Source of the DNA: Stegostoma tigrinum
Taxonomy: Eukaryota
Direction: 5' to 3'
DNA: 64,000 bases
Assembly: GCF_030684315.1 (NCBI RefSeq)
Contig: NC_081366.1
Location: forward strand, 9,863,410-9,927,409
Shown here: piece by piece, positions 51,273 through 63,128 of the stretch
Layout of the letters: every line of letters begins with the position of its first letter
Position numbering within the stretch: position 1 is the first letter of the stretch
Made by a program: the position numbers and the translations under genes
The notes under the pieces: model-generated
Told to the model about the DNA's origin: nothing
The model's input: the letters and a program-made list of their open reading frames with translations, nothing else
The model's database searches: none

Positions 51273-51467
51273 TGCGCAGCGTGGACACCGAGTGTGAGAG
51301 ACGTCGCCAAGCGAAGATTGTTCCTGGAGTTTACCGCCCCACTTGTGATGAGATGGGAAATTATGAGGCAAAGCAATGTTGGCCGAGCACAGGCTTCTGC
51401 TGGTGCTCCTATCCGAATGGAACAGAGATCTCAGGAACATCCACACGCGGGCATTTAAGCTGCGAAC
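51273..51467 (+). CDS. CD74: CD74 thyroglobulin type-1 exon, copy 2 (identical, 1776 bp downstream)
   Basis: Same exon sequence and splice sites as copy 1; ORF 51212..51496 translates identically to ORF 49436..49720. Confidence 0.8.
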
Positions 51468-53872
51468 GTACGTTTCCGTTTTCTTCATCTACGTGATAGT
51501 GTGAATGTGATTTAAAAGTCCTCCATGTTATGGGAAATGGATTCTCAGACACAGGTGGATCCTTTTGCCCGTACACCTCAAGACCTGGGCAACATCCACG
51601 GGTTAGTAACACTCAGACTGTACAAGAACATTGAAAATAAGAGAAGCTGGGCTTCAGTCCTCCACATTCAGTAGCAATATCATCAATAAATCCCCCACTG
51701 ACAACATCATAAATGTCACCAATAACCTCAAACTTAACAGGATCGTTCATGTAAGTACAATGGCTACAAGAGCAAGTCAGAAACTGGGAGTCCTGTGCTG
51801 AGTAACTCACTTCCTGACTCCCCTAAGTCTGTTACGGTCTACAAGTCAGGAGTGGGATGGAATACTCCTTCCCCACTTGCCTGGATGGGTGCAGCTCCAA
51901 CGACACTAAAGAAACTCGGCAGCACCTAGGCTGATGCAAGACACTTCAATGATATGACATGCACTAACATTCAGTCTCTGCACCACCGATGCACAGTCGC
52001 AGTAGTGTGTACCATCTACAAGATGTACTTCAGCAACTTGCCAATATATTTTTGATAATCTCCCAAACTGACAAGATCATCTGGTTGGAAGGATAAAGGC
52101 AACAGGCACATGGGAACACCACCATCAGCAAGTTCCTCTCCAAGCCACACATCATTCTAATATGGGAATATATCACTATACCTCCACTTCCGGCTCAAAA
52201 TCCTGAACTTCCCTCTCTAACAGCATTGTCGGTTTTACCTGCATGCCAAAGCCTGCGGTAGCGTAAGGAAGCGTGTTCTCTCCCTCCCTCAGGGACAGGC
52301 AATGACTACTGGCCTAGGCAGCAATGCTAACATTAATGAATAAAACAAGTCGAGGAAGCAGCCCATTTGGAGCCTGCCCAGATTTCTTGATCACCTGTTC
52401 ATAAAAGCCATCTAGATTCGGCCTCACTGATCCAATGGATCACCATCATCCAAAACTTTCTCAGGGTGTTCCCAATTTCTGTAACCTTTTTGTGAAGACC
52501 TTCTGCCTGATTTCACTATGAAATGTGTCTTTGTCCAATTTACAGGCTAGGTTCTCTCATCTGGATGTCCCCCACTCCACCACCCACACCCCCAACATCA
52601 GCATTAAGTCTTTATCTTTCTTTAGCGTAACATAAGAACATAAGAAATAGGAGCAGGAGTAGGCTATCTGGCCCATTAAGCCTGCTCCACCATTCAATAA
52701 GATTATGGCTGGCTTTTCCATGGACTCAGTTTCATATACCCACCTGCTCACTGTGACCCTTAATTCCTTCACTGTACTAAAACCTATCTATCTTTGGCTT
52801 AAAAACATTCAAGGAAGGAGCCTCCCTGGCAGGGAATTCTACAGATTCACAACCTTTCGGGTGAAGAAATTCCTCCTAAATCAGCTTCCCCCTTTATTGT
52901 GAGGCTATGCCCTCTTGTTCTAATTTCACTCACGAATGGAAACCATGTCCCTGCCTCTAGCTTATCTATTCCCTTCATAATTTTCAATGTTTCTATAGGA
53001 TCTCCCCACCCCCTCATTCTTCTGAATCATTTTTAAACATTTCGTTCATTATCAGGCCTCAGGGGAAATACAAGTTCAGCAAAGTCCAAGGGCAGGATTG
53101 CACAAGACCCAAGTATTGGGATCTGCAGGTAGCAGGAGTGAGAGCTCTTGGGTATTGAGATCAGTAATTGTTCATTAGAGTCATAAATGCCATTCCAGCA
53201 TTGATAACCAATGCAGCACACCTTGAGGAAGACTTTTTAAGATGATTTGGATCTTGAAAAGAATTGGATTGTCAATTCCTTTGATGTTCGTATTCAGGTC
53301 GCTGAATTGTAGTAATATTCTATCCCTTCAGATTAGAGAGGCCTGTGTGCATGTACAAGCAATATCCTGTGAACCTAAAGAATTGCAAGCGTGTTATAAT
53401 GTGCAAGGAGGCCCTTTGGCCCATTGTGCCTACACTGGTTCTTCAAAGAGCAAATTAATAAAGCAGGAGCTGACAGAAAACCAGCCAAACTATTGCAACT
53501 ACACAAAGGCTGTACACTATATGTACTATAGTGTAATATACCTTGCCTAACCTATTTAACTTCCTCCTACATACATGCTCCCCATCGGAATCTACCTGTC
53601 AGTGTAATTTGCTCTGTACTCTGTGTCCTTTTGAGGATTTTACCTGTTCATCTATATTCATGAGGGAAACTTCATAAGCAATGTTCCTGGAATTCCAGAC
53701 AGATTCAACTCAAACATCCAACCCTCCTTCACTATCAAAGATTAATCTGCTTAGATTATACAAAGAAATGCCTTCAACAGGCTGGATTTTATTGAAGGTA
53801 TAATTAATTGTCACTTTTTTTAAAAACTATTTCGTCTGCCTGTCTTTAATTGAGGTTCATTTCGATCTTTAG

Positions 53873-53917
53873 GCTTTATAAACTAAGATGATCTGAGCGT
53901 GTCTGGCTTGGCAGCAA
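53873..53917 (+). CDS. CD74: CD74 penultimate exon, (R/G)FIN*DDLSVSGLAA, with in-frame TAA at 53884-53886
   Basis: ctttag| acceptor and A|GTAAGT donor; 45 nt, phase 1-1; acidic...SGL resembles human ESLELEDPSSGLGV. The CDS would end at 53886: 246 aa with no Tg exon, 311 aa with one, 376 aa with two. Confidence 0.7.
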
Positions 53918-55973
53918 GTAAGTAAGAGATTTTGTTTTAAATCAAGTTCATGAAATCAGAATTTGAACAGAACTTTCTCACATAGACACACCACACCAAG
54001 CAGTTTCATTGTGTACAGGCTCCTCATAAACCTTCTGACCTTATCCCCTTGTCCAAAACTCTGCTGCCCACACCTCAACTGGCTCCAAGGTCCCCCTCTC
54101 AATGTCCTGTCCAACCTACATTTATTCCTGTTTAGACAATGACCTAATTTAACACCCTTAGTCCAGTCAATTCCACCTGCCCTTACGTGCGGCTGGGATA
54201 GAGAGGTGTGAGCGTGTAGGGAAGGGAATTGTGCTGCTTATAACTGGCGGTTCTGTTTGCAAGTATGGCAGAGACAGTTTAGTGGTGGTAGTATTGCTGA
54301 GCTGGTTGCTGCAAAGCTCGGGGGTCAGAGTGCAAATCTCGCTGTGGGAGTCGCTTAAATTCAATCAAAGACAGTGGAATTAAAAGTGAGCCTCAGTAAA
54401 AGTGACTGTGAAACTGTTGTGCATTACCATAAGGAGCCACCTGGTTCACTAATCATCACTTGTTTTGGCCTGCATGTGACTCCAGATCTAAAGCAGTGTT
54501 CTCTGAAACGGCTTAGTGTGAAGGCGCATTAACGGGTAAGGAACAAATCATGCTTGAGTCAGCAATGCACACACCCAGGGAAAAATGTCCTCACGAAAGT
54601 TGTGTTCAATGGAAATTAGAATATGTTGCAAACTAAATATTAAAGGGGACAGTTTTACATCAGCTTTTCCTCATTGAGTCACTGCCTTGACCTTGACTGT
54701 GTTCAAATTTCGCTCCTGAGACTTGAACACAAAATGTAAATGGATTCTTTCCATTGCTGTTGGAGGTTCCAGGCACTCTTTCAGGTGAATTTAAAATGTC
54801 CTGTCAGCACTTTTTCATACTGCTGCTGTTATTGCCAATATTTATCTTGAATTAATTCATCAATTTGACCATATCAAAACCAAATTATTTGTTCATTATC
54901 CCTTTGTTGTTAATGCATGTTTTGCCAGCCACAGTGCCTACATTATAATATAAATTGCACTTTGAAGACTTTTCATTGGGTAATGTGCTTTGGGATATCA
55001 TAAGGCCATGAAAGGCACAAATGATGTGAAATACTAGCCTTTCTTTATTTTAAATCTTTGGAAACAAAATCCATTTGAAAGCAACATGAAGAAAATTGTT
55101 GAAATTGCCAAATGTTGCGTGGAATTTTGTAAACTCACGTAAACTTTCTCCTTCATTTCAGTGAATTAAGAGCTCGCGGTGGACAAGCAAGCAAAATCTG
55201 ACTGGCTTCACTCCAGAAATTATACATTAATTGCAACTTCTGATTTTTATTAACCTTGGGTATGATTGCTAACTGTTGAGAGCTGATCTCCTTATCTGGC
55301 TGATGTACTTTCCATTTTTGTTCAAGACTTACCCTCTGATTTTATTTTAAACAGAAAAACAAATTGCCCAAATCTTTGACATCGCTCACGTTACTTCCCT
55401 AAAAAGAGTACTGTTTCCACTAGACATTCCATAGGAATATTTTGGTCCCATTTCCTTGCAGAGTGTGGTTACAACACCTGATTGTGCCCAGCACCCTCAC
55501 CAGAAGTTTGTTCTGTTCTCCTGCCAATTATGGCTGGAGAACTAGAATGACATCCCACAGATTTCAAAGTCCCCTAAGCTTGTCAATGAGTTGCTTTGGA
55601 AATTCAAGAGACCTGGATTTTAAAATGCCACACAGGACCGATGTAATTGTGTGAATCCCAAAGAATTCTAGACTGCTACAAAGGAAAATCAGTAGCCTTG
55701 TAGTGGAACCCCGGAATTAGTAATAGTCTTTCGGTAACACAAAAAACCTGGATGAGATACAAAAGAGGATGATGGTTTTGAAGTTGGCTCTCTTCATTAG
55801 GAGGCGTTCTGCTGATGAGTTCCAACCCTCCTGGCTTGTCCACCTCAATTTGAAATTAAGACCCCAATTCATTCATTTACTCTGGTTTACTACGCTGGAC
55901 TAACTGCAGTGGTGGAATATCACCACATAGACAGCAGAAGAAGATTATCATCCTGCGTCAACTGGGATGCTCC

Positions 55974-56071
55974 GTAAATGTCAGCTTTGACAGCCCCCAC
56001 CCCCACCAAATTTGGGTTTGTCAGTGGGCAGAAACAGTAAATGTTGGCCTTGCCTGCACCACCATCCCCCC

Positions 56072-56129
<58 letters not shown>

Positions 56130-56154
56130 TTGGGTTTGTCAGTGGGCAGAAACA
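55974..56154 (+). repeat. 63-bp tandem duplication whose second copy carries an (AC)~26 microsatellite (56074-56126)
   Basis: ATTTGGGTTTGTCAGTGGGCAGAAACA at 56010-56036 and 56128-56154; both units start GTAAATGT. Confidence 0.9.
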
Positions 56155-56629
56155 CGTTCCTTGATAGTTTTGCTTTTTGAAGTGAAGTGATTTTTGCCCA
56201 CCAGTCCATACTTTCGGAGTTTGAGCCTGTTGGCGAGATATCACTTTATATTCCCAAGCCATCCTTCACCAGATCCCATATTATAACTGTGTAACTGTTT
56301 TGTTTTTGATTATGTAGAACAGAAATAGACCTAACGGCTCAGCCAATCCATGCTGGTGTTCATACTTCACTAGGCTCTTCTCCCTTATTTTCTCACCTAA
56401 ATTGGCCATCGTAATCCTTCTCCCACAAAGGCTTGATGATAAATAACAAGGTGGATATAATCCTGATGAGGGACCATCAGCAGAAGGTCATTATACACAA
56501 TCGCTTTTTTAAAAAGCTGGTATTGTCTGTAAGCTACTTGTGAAAACTGTCATTGCTTCCTGATTTTTTTAATTATTATTTGTAACGCAATGGTGATCGC
56601 TTAACTGTCGATGGGGATAATTATTTTGC

Positions 56630-56635
56630 AATAAA
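56630..56635 (+). terminator. Candidate polyadenylation signal AATAAA
   Basis: AATAAA followed by GT/T-rich ctgttcgtgtgttctattttgg; other AATAAA hexamers occur near 57226 and 57388. Confidence 0.45.
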
Positions 56636-57399
56636 GGGAGGGAATTCTGTTCGTGTGTTCTATTTTGGACAATAGAGGTGTCTAGATCTGGCTTCAAATG
56701 AAAAGTTAAGTCTGTGTCTGGTTCTTGGAGCCCAGAAACAAGGCCTTAATCCTTTTATCAAGGCCGATGAGGGTGAGTAGTGACTGGAAACGATTTAATG
56801 GCAGGGTTGCCAAATTTCTGGGAGCCTTCAAAAATGACCAATCAATTGACAGGACAATGCTAGTGAAGAATCATCATTGGCACATATCAAAATAATTCTG
56901 TGTGTTGTTTCTTTCGAGCCTTTATGGGTGGTAGTGTGGGTAAAAAAGCCACTTTGGTTGACACTGGAGCCTCAGCCTAATCTTCGAGCTACGGGCCTGG
57001 TTATTTGGGATGGGTGTGCAGGTTGGGTGAACATTGGCAGGAATTTCTGGATGAGGAGATGGGGATAGTAGGTCATATGATGAAGCCTCCTGGAATATGA
57101 CAGACTACCATTCAGAACTCAGTTTTTCAGTGCTTTTGTCTTTTTTTTTGTTTCCTGCGCATTCATGTACTCAGGATCAAGGCAACTATTCTAGAAAGAA
57201 AAAGTAAAATCTGAAAGGCCATGAGAATAAAGACTTGACGAAATCTGCTTGATCTTTCTTTTCTCCAACATACCATGGTGCTCCACAGTGAAACTTAAAC
57301 ACCGATGAGACTGGTGGTACAAAAGACCAATGTCTCCTCATGTCTATCACATGCAAGTCCTTAATCTCTCACAAAGACAGTTCCAAAATAAATGTGTCA

Positions 57400-58093
57400 G
57401 AGATAATGGGAACTGCAGATGCTGGAGAATTGCAAGATAATAAAATGTGAGGCTGGATGAACACAGCAGGCCAAGCAGCATCTCAGGAGCACAAAAGCTG
57501 ACGTTTCGGGCCTAGACCCTTCATCAGAGAGGGGGATGGGGAGAGGGAACTGGAATAAATAGGGAGAGAGGGGGAGGCGGACCGAAGATGGAGAGTAAAG
57601 AAGATAGGTGGAGAGAGTGTAGGTGGGGAGGTAGGGAGGGGATAGGTCAGTCCAGGGAAGACGGACAGGTCAAGGAGGTGGGATGAGGTTAGTAGGTAGC
57701 TGGGGGTGCGGCTTGGGGTGGGAGGAAGGGATGGGTGAGAGGAAGAACAGGTTAGGGAGACAGAGACAGGTTGGACTGGTTTTGGGATGCAATGGGTGGG
57801 GGGGAAGAGCTGGGCTGGTTGTGTGGTGCAGTGGGGGGAGGGGACGAACTAGGCTGGTTTAGGGATGCAGTAGGGGAAGGGGAGATTTTGAAACTGGTGA
57901 AGTCCACATTGATACCATATGGCTGCAGGGTTCCCAGGCGGAATATGAGTTGCTGTTCCTGCAACCTTCGGGTGGCATCATTGTGGCAGTGCAGGAGGCC
58001 CAATTATGGACATGTCATCAAGAGAATGGGAGGGGGAGTGGAAATGGTTTGCGACTGGGAGGTGCAGTTGTTTGTTGCGAACTGAGCGGAGGT
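57400..58093 (-). mobile_element. Young Penelope-like element, 3' part
   Basis: Near-identical to 29217-29877; ORF 57752..58003. Confidence 0.9.
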
Positions 58094-59584
58094 ACAGTGT
58101 TAAATCCGTGTTCAGCATTTGGTGGGTTTTACGGATAATTTTGAAACCCATAGGAGCTAAGAGAGTGGACCCTGATTAATGTGATCTGTAAAAGTCAGTG
58201 AAATATTTGGATTTGTTGCAATAACATTTAGAAGGTCAGAGGAGAAGGACATGACAGTCTCTCTTCTGTGTGTGACATTACTGCTCTCACCTTAGTTTGG
58301 TTCCTTGCTGGGATGTTAGTGTCACACGCAAGACCAGGATTTGTTGCCCCATCCCTAACTGCCCTTGGTGTGGGGGTGGGGTTTGGTGAGCTACCATTGT
58401 GGACCATGTGGTCCATTTGTTCCTGAATGCTCGTCTATGCCTTCGTTACACCTAGATTCTAATGGCCCATCAGCTTCCTATCTTGCCCTTTCTGTAAACT
58501 TGATCCAATCCATATCCCTGTGGCTTGTTTCATATTGGCTCCTGTTCACTACCACCCCCTGTGCTCACTGATCACTATTGGCTCTCTGCATGATGACCAC
58601 TCAATTTTAAATTTCTCATCCTTGTTTTGCAAATACTTGCCACGGGTTCACCCTGTCCCTTTCTCTGTAATCTCCTCCAGACCCGCAACCCCTTGAGATC
58701 CCTCCAAATCTGGCCTTTTGCTCATCTCTGAGTATAATCCTTTCTCTGTGCTTTCGGCTGTCTCGGCCACAAACTCTGGAATAATATCCTGAACCACTTG
58801 CTCTCCTGCTCCTCCTTTATCATGCTTTTCAAAACCCTGCAGCTCAGGCCTAAGTCTTTCTCTGGGATTTGTTGGTGGCACGGAATTGCTCCTGGAACCT
58901 GATTTCTAAAAGAGATTGTATTAACGTAGGACGGGGAGGAGTGGTTGGAATCTGTGGAGTGAGTTATGATAGGAGTCAGAGATGGAGACCCATTGTCCCC
59001 ATCTCCTCATGACTATCTCAAAGTCTGCGCCTGGCAGAAAACTAAATTGGAGAGACCACTCTTTTACCAAGAACTCAAAGATTTCTACAGATTTCAACTC
59101 AAATTTTTTTAAAAAATCAGCTATTAAATGACTGCAGTCTCAATTTAAAATCTAACATCTTGAGAACTCCAAGGACTTTGAAACTGTTTGTAACCTTACA
59201 TTTCCTGTCAGTGCATGGGACTTCTCCATTATCTGTTCACTGTCTCATTTTATTATTCTTCTTAAGGTTAGTCAATAATAAGACTCCTCCTTCTTGTACT
59301 CAAGAAAACATAAATATTTACAACTGATTTGTGAAAATTGAAGCGTAATAGCTGCATGCTTAAATAAAAACCTTTGCTGCGATTGATTGAGAGGGAGCAG
59401 AAAAGACCGAGTTGATTTAGCCACACCTACCAAGTCTGACATACATGTGACTCCAGACCCACCTGGCTCTGAAATGGCTGAGCAAACCACTCAGTCACGA
59501 CCATTAGACAGGGACAGAAATAAGCCTATTGTGTCTGTGTTGTCATTCGCGTATGATGTAACCATCCTCCACACTACTTCCCTG

Positions 59585-60435
59585 CATTAGCTCAATTCTC
59601 CTACTGGTTAAAAATCCGTCTGTCTCAGCCTTGAATATTCTCAATGACTCGGCCTTGACAGCCCACTGTGGCAAAGACTTCCACAGATTCACTACCATCT
59701 GAGAGAAGAAATGCCTTCTCCTCTTTGTCTTAAATGAGCGTGCTCTTAGTCTGAGGCTATGCTCTCTGGTCTTAGGCTCTCCCGAGAGGGGAAACGACCT
59801 TTCCACATCTACCTTGTCAAGTTCTCTAAGAATTGTGGATGTTTCAATAAGGTCACCTCTCATTCTATACTCCAATGAGTGCAAGCCCAATCTAGTCAGC
59901 CTCTCCTTGGAAGACAGTCCTTCCATACCTGGTGTCAGCCAAGTGACCGCTCCTCTAGAGTGCCTCCAATACTGGCCTACCTTTCCTCAGATAAGGGGCT
60001 GAAAACTGTTCATGGTATTCTAGCTCTGGGTTGATTAGTGCTGTGTATAGTTTTCATAAGACCTCCCTGTTTTCATATTCCATTCTCATCAAAATAAAGG
60101 CTAAACTTCCATTTGCCTTTCCTGCTATTTGCTGAACTTTGTGATTTATGCTTGAGCCTTTTGTGCTGCAGCTTTCTGCATTCCTTCCACATTTAAATAA
60201 TATCCAATTTTTCAATTCTCCCTGGCAAAGTCACATTTTCCCACATTATATTCCATCTGCCCAGGTTTTGCCACTCACTTGATTTGCCTCTATCCCACTG
60301 AAGACTCAATGCATTATCTTCACCACTGGCCTTCCCACTTATCATTGTGTCTTCCATAAACCTGGCTACAGTACATTCACTCTCCTCATCCAAGCTATTT
60401 CCATGTATTGTCAATAATTGTAACCCCAGCACATT
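59585..60435 (-). mobile_element. Degraded CR1 3' fragment
   Basis: ORFs 59543..59926 (ERLTRLGLHSLE..RGDLIET) and 60193..60453. Confidence 0.8.
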
Positions 60436-60529
60436 GGAGATACTCTCCATCATGGCATTGCCATCATGCTAAATGGGATAGATTTCAAACAAATGTAGAA
60501 GTTGAAGACTGGGTGTCCAAGAGGCACTC

Positions 60530-62500
60530 AAAAAGCAGGACAAATCTAACCCAGCCCATTACTGCCCCATCAGTGTACTATTGATCATCAGTAAAGTGAT
60601 GGAAGGTGTCGGTAACAGCGCTATCAAGCAACACCTGCTCAGTGACGCCCAGCTTGCGTTCCATCAGGGCCACTCAACTCCTGACCTTATTACAGCCTTG
60701 GTTCAAACATGGACAAAAGAGCTAAATTCCAGAGGGGAGGTGGGGGATTGACAGCCCTTGACATCAAGGCTGCATTCAACTGAGCGTGGCATCAAACAGC
60801 CCCAGCAAAAGTGGAATCACTAGTAATCGGGGGCAAACTCTCTGCTAGTTGGAGTCATTCGACACATAGGAAGATGATCGTGATTGTAGGAGGTCTTCAT
60901 CTCAGATCCAGGACATCTCTGCAAGAGTTCCTCAGGGTAGTGTCCTAGGCCCAGCCATCTTCAGCTGCATCATCAATGACCTTCCCTCCATCCCTTTATC
61001 CTTGAAAGTTGCCACCCAGGTTGACAGGGCTGTTAAGAAGACATATGGTGTTTTAGCTTTTATTAATAGAGGGATTGAGTTCCGGAACCAAGAGGTTATG
61101 CTGCAGCTGTACAAAACTCTGGTGCGGCCGCACTTGGATTATTGCGTACAGTTCTGGTCACCGCATTATAAGAAGGATGTGGAAGCTTTGGAAAGGGTGC
61201 AGAGGAGATTTACTCGGATGTTGCCTGGTATGGAGGGAAGGTCTTACGAGGAAAGGCTGAGGGACTTGAGGCTGTTTTCATTAGAGAGAAGAAGGTTGAG
61301 AGGTGACTTAATTGAAACATATAAAATAATCAGAGGGTTAGATAGGGTGGATAGGGAGAGCCTTTTTCCTAGGATGGTGACGGCGAGCACGAGGGGGCAC
61401 AGCTTTAAATTGAGGGGTGAAAGATATAGGACAGATGTCAGAGGTAGTTTCTTTACTCAGAGAGTAGTAAGGGAATGGAACGCTTTGCCTGCAACGGTAG
61501 TAGATTCGCCAACTTTAAGTACATTTAAGTCGTCATTGGACAAGCATATGGACGTACATGGAATAGTGTAGGTTAGATGGGCTTGAGATTGGTATGACAG
61601 GTTGGCACAACATCGAGGGCCAAAGGGCCTGTACTGTGCTGTAATGTTCTATGTTCTATGTTCTATCATAAGGTCAGAAATGGGAATGTTCACTGATGAT
61701 TGCACAATGTTCAGCACCGTTTGCAACTCGTCAGATCTTGAAGCAGTCTGTGTTCACAGTTGAAAGACTTCGTCAACGTTGAGAGTTAGATTATTAAGAG
61801 ACAAGTAACATTCATTCCACACAAGTCCTAGGCCATGACCATCTCCAACAAAGGAGAATCCAACCATCACCTCTTGATATTTGATAACATTATCACTATC
61901 AACATCCTGCGGGTTACCACTGAACTGAACTACAACAGCCATACAGACATTGTGGTTTCAACAGCAGGTCAGAGGTTAAGAATCATGCAGTGGATAACTT
62001 ATCTTCTGACTTCTGAAAGCCAGCCTTTTCTGGAAGACATAAGACAGGTGTGTGATGGAAGAATCCCCACTTACCTGGTGAGTGCAGCCAATAATCAAGA
62101 GGCTCATAAGCATCCACAACAGACCAACCTGTTTGAGCGCACCTCATCTCCAGCAGCACCAATGGTTAATAACAGCAGTTTATACTGTCAACACAATGCA
62201 CCGCAAACAATTCATCAATGTTCTTTAGACAGCAACTTCTAATTCTGTAACCATTACCATCTGGAAGGACAAGGGCAGAAGGTGATTGGGAACACCACCA
62301 CCTGTAAATTCCCCTCCAAGCCACTCACCATTCTGTCTTCTATATCACTGTTCCTTTAATGTCGCTGGATCAAAATCCTGGAACACCTCCCAGACAACAT
62401 TGTGATTGTGCTTGTTCCCCATGGACCATTGTGGTTCAAGAGAGAAACTCACTACCAACTTCTCAAAGACATTTGTGAAAGGATGATAAATGCTGCCTAT
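60530..62500 (+). mobile_element. Old CR1/L2-clade LINE RT fragment with a nested young CR1 (60998-61666)
   Basis: cctcagggtagtgtcctaggccc (PQGSVLGP); the host sequence resumes as atcataaggtcagaa after the (TGTTCTA)n tail; nested ORF 61002..61571. Confidence 0.85.
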
Positions 62501-63128
62501 GTCCTGTGAATCCTGCCATTTTTAATTAGGTAAAATTGGAATTTCCGCTCAGGTTGTTCACGTTAGTTTACATTAGTTTCCAAAACTTTCCTCAATCTGT
62601 ATTCAGGTGACGTCTACAGCCATCCAGGGTCAGTGTTTACCCCTTTAAAGCTGTTTTACTTTATGAAAGGCCTCCAATATTAGAACCACAATGGAAATTG
62701 AAAATTAAAGTTGAAAATCTACATTTTCTATCACTGCTGTGATTCCTCCATACCACAAAGAAGAATTACACACAATATTTCTCCCTTTTGTTTACAATGT
62801 CGACATGAAGCGTGTAAAAACTAAGTCTTCTAGTGATTGTTAAAAGTGTGGACTGAAATAAGAAAGAATTGTTTCAGAACTATTATATTGAAGGAATGTG
62901 TGTATAGTACGTGGAACCAGGGTCAAGTGAATCCTATTGACTGTGAGATCCCTGATTCAGGTTGTTAATCCGGGCCAATCAGGGAGCTCTGGCGGACAGA
63001 TATAAACAGGAGGTACAGAAAGTCTCCTTATCCTAGGGACTGGCTTTGAGCTGGCTGGTCAGGACCATGTGCTGTGTATGTGTAAATGCAGGGTAAATTT
63101 GTTGACAGGATAATGGCCTCTCTGTCAT

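Larger units (their letters stand above)
48216..52386 (+). repeat. Tandem duplication, period 1775-1776 bp, ~2.35 units (A-B-A-B-A), containing the Tg exon twice
   Basis: Units begin caaga(a/g)caagtcagaaactggga at 48216, 49991 and 51767; identity ends near 52386; only scattered substitutions and one 1-bp indel seen by eye. Confidence 0.95.
55162..56660 (+). other. CD74: CD74 probable terminal exon (ancestral M-N-stop at 55162-55169) and 3' UTR
   Basis: ttctccttcatttcag|TG AAT TAA completes ATG-AAT-TAA in phase 1, like the 2-3 codon last exon of mammalian CD74; followed by ~1.4 kb of repeat-poor sequence. The 3' end is inferred from the polyA signal. Confidence 0.6.

Noticed and set aside
58100-63000. 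Exons of the mammalian CD74 neighbours TCOF1 or RPS14 (upstream region also examined)
   Set aside because: No recognisable coding exon. AT-rich unique stretches near 59050-59390 and 62520-62900 could be UTR of a convergent gene, but this cannot be supported from the sequence.
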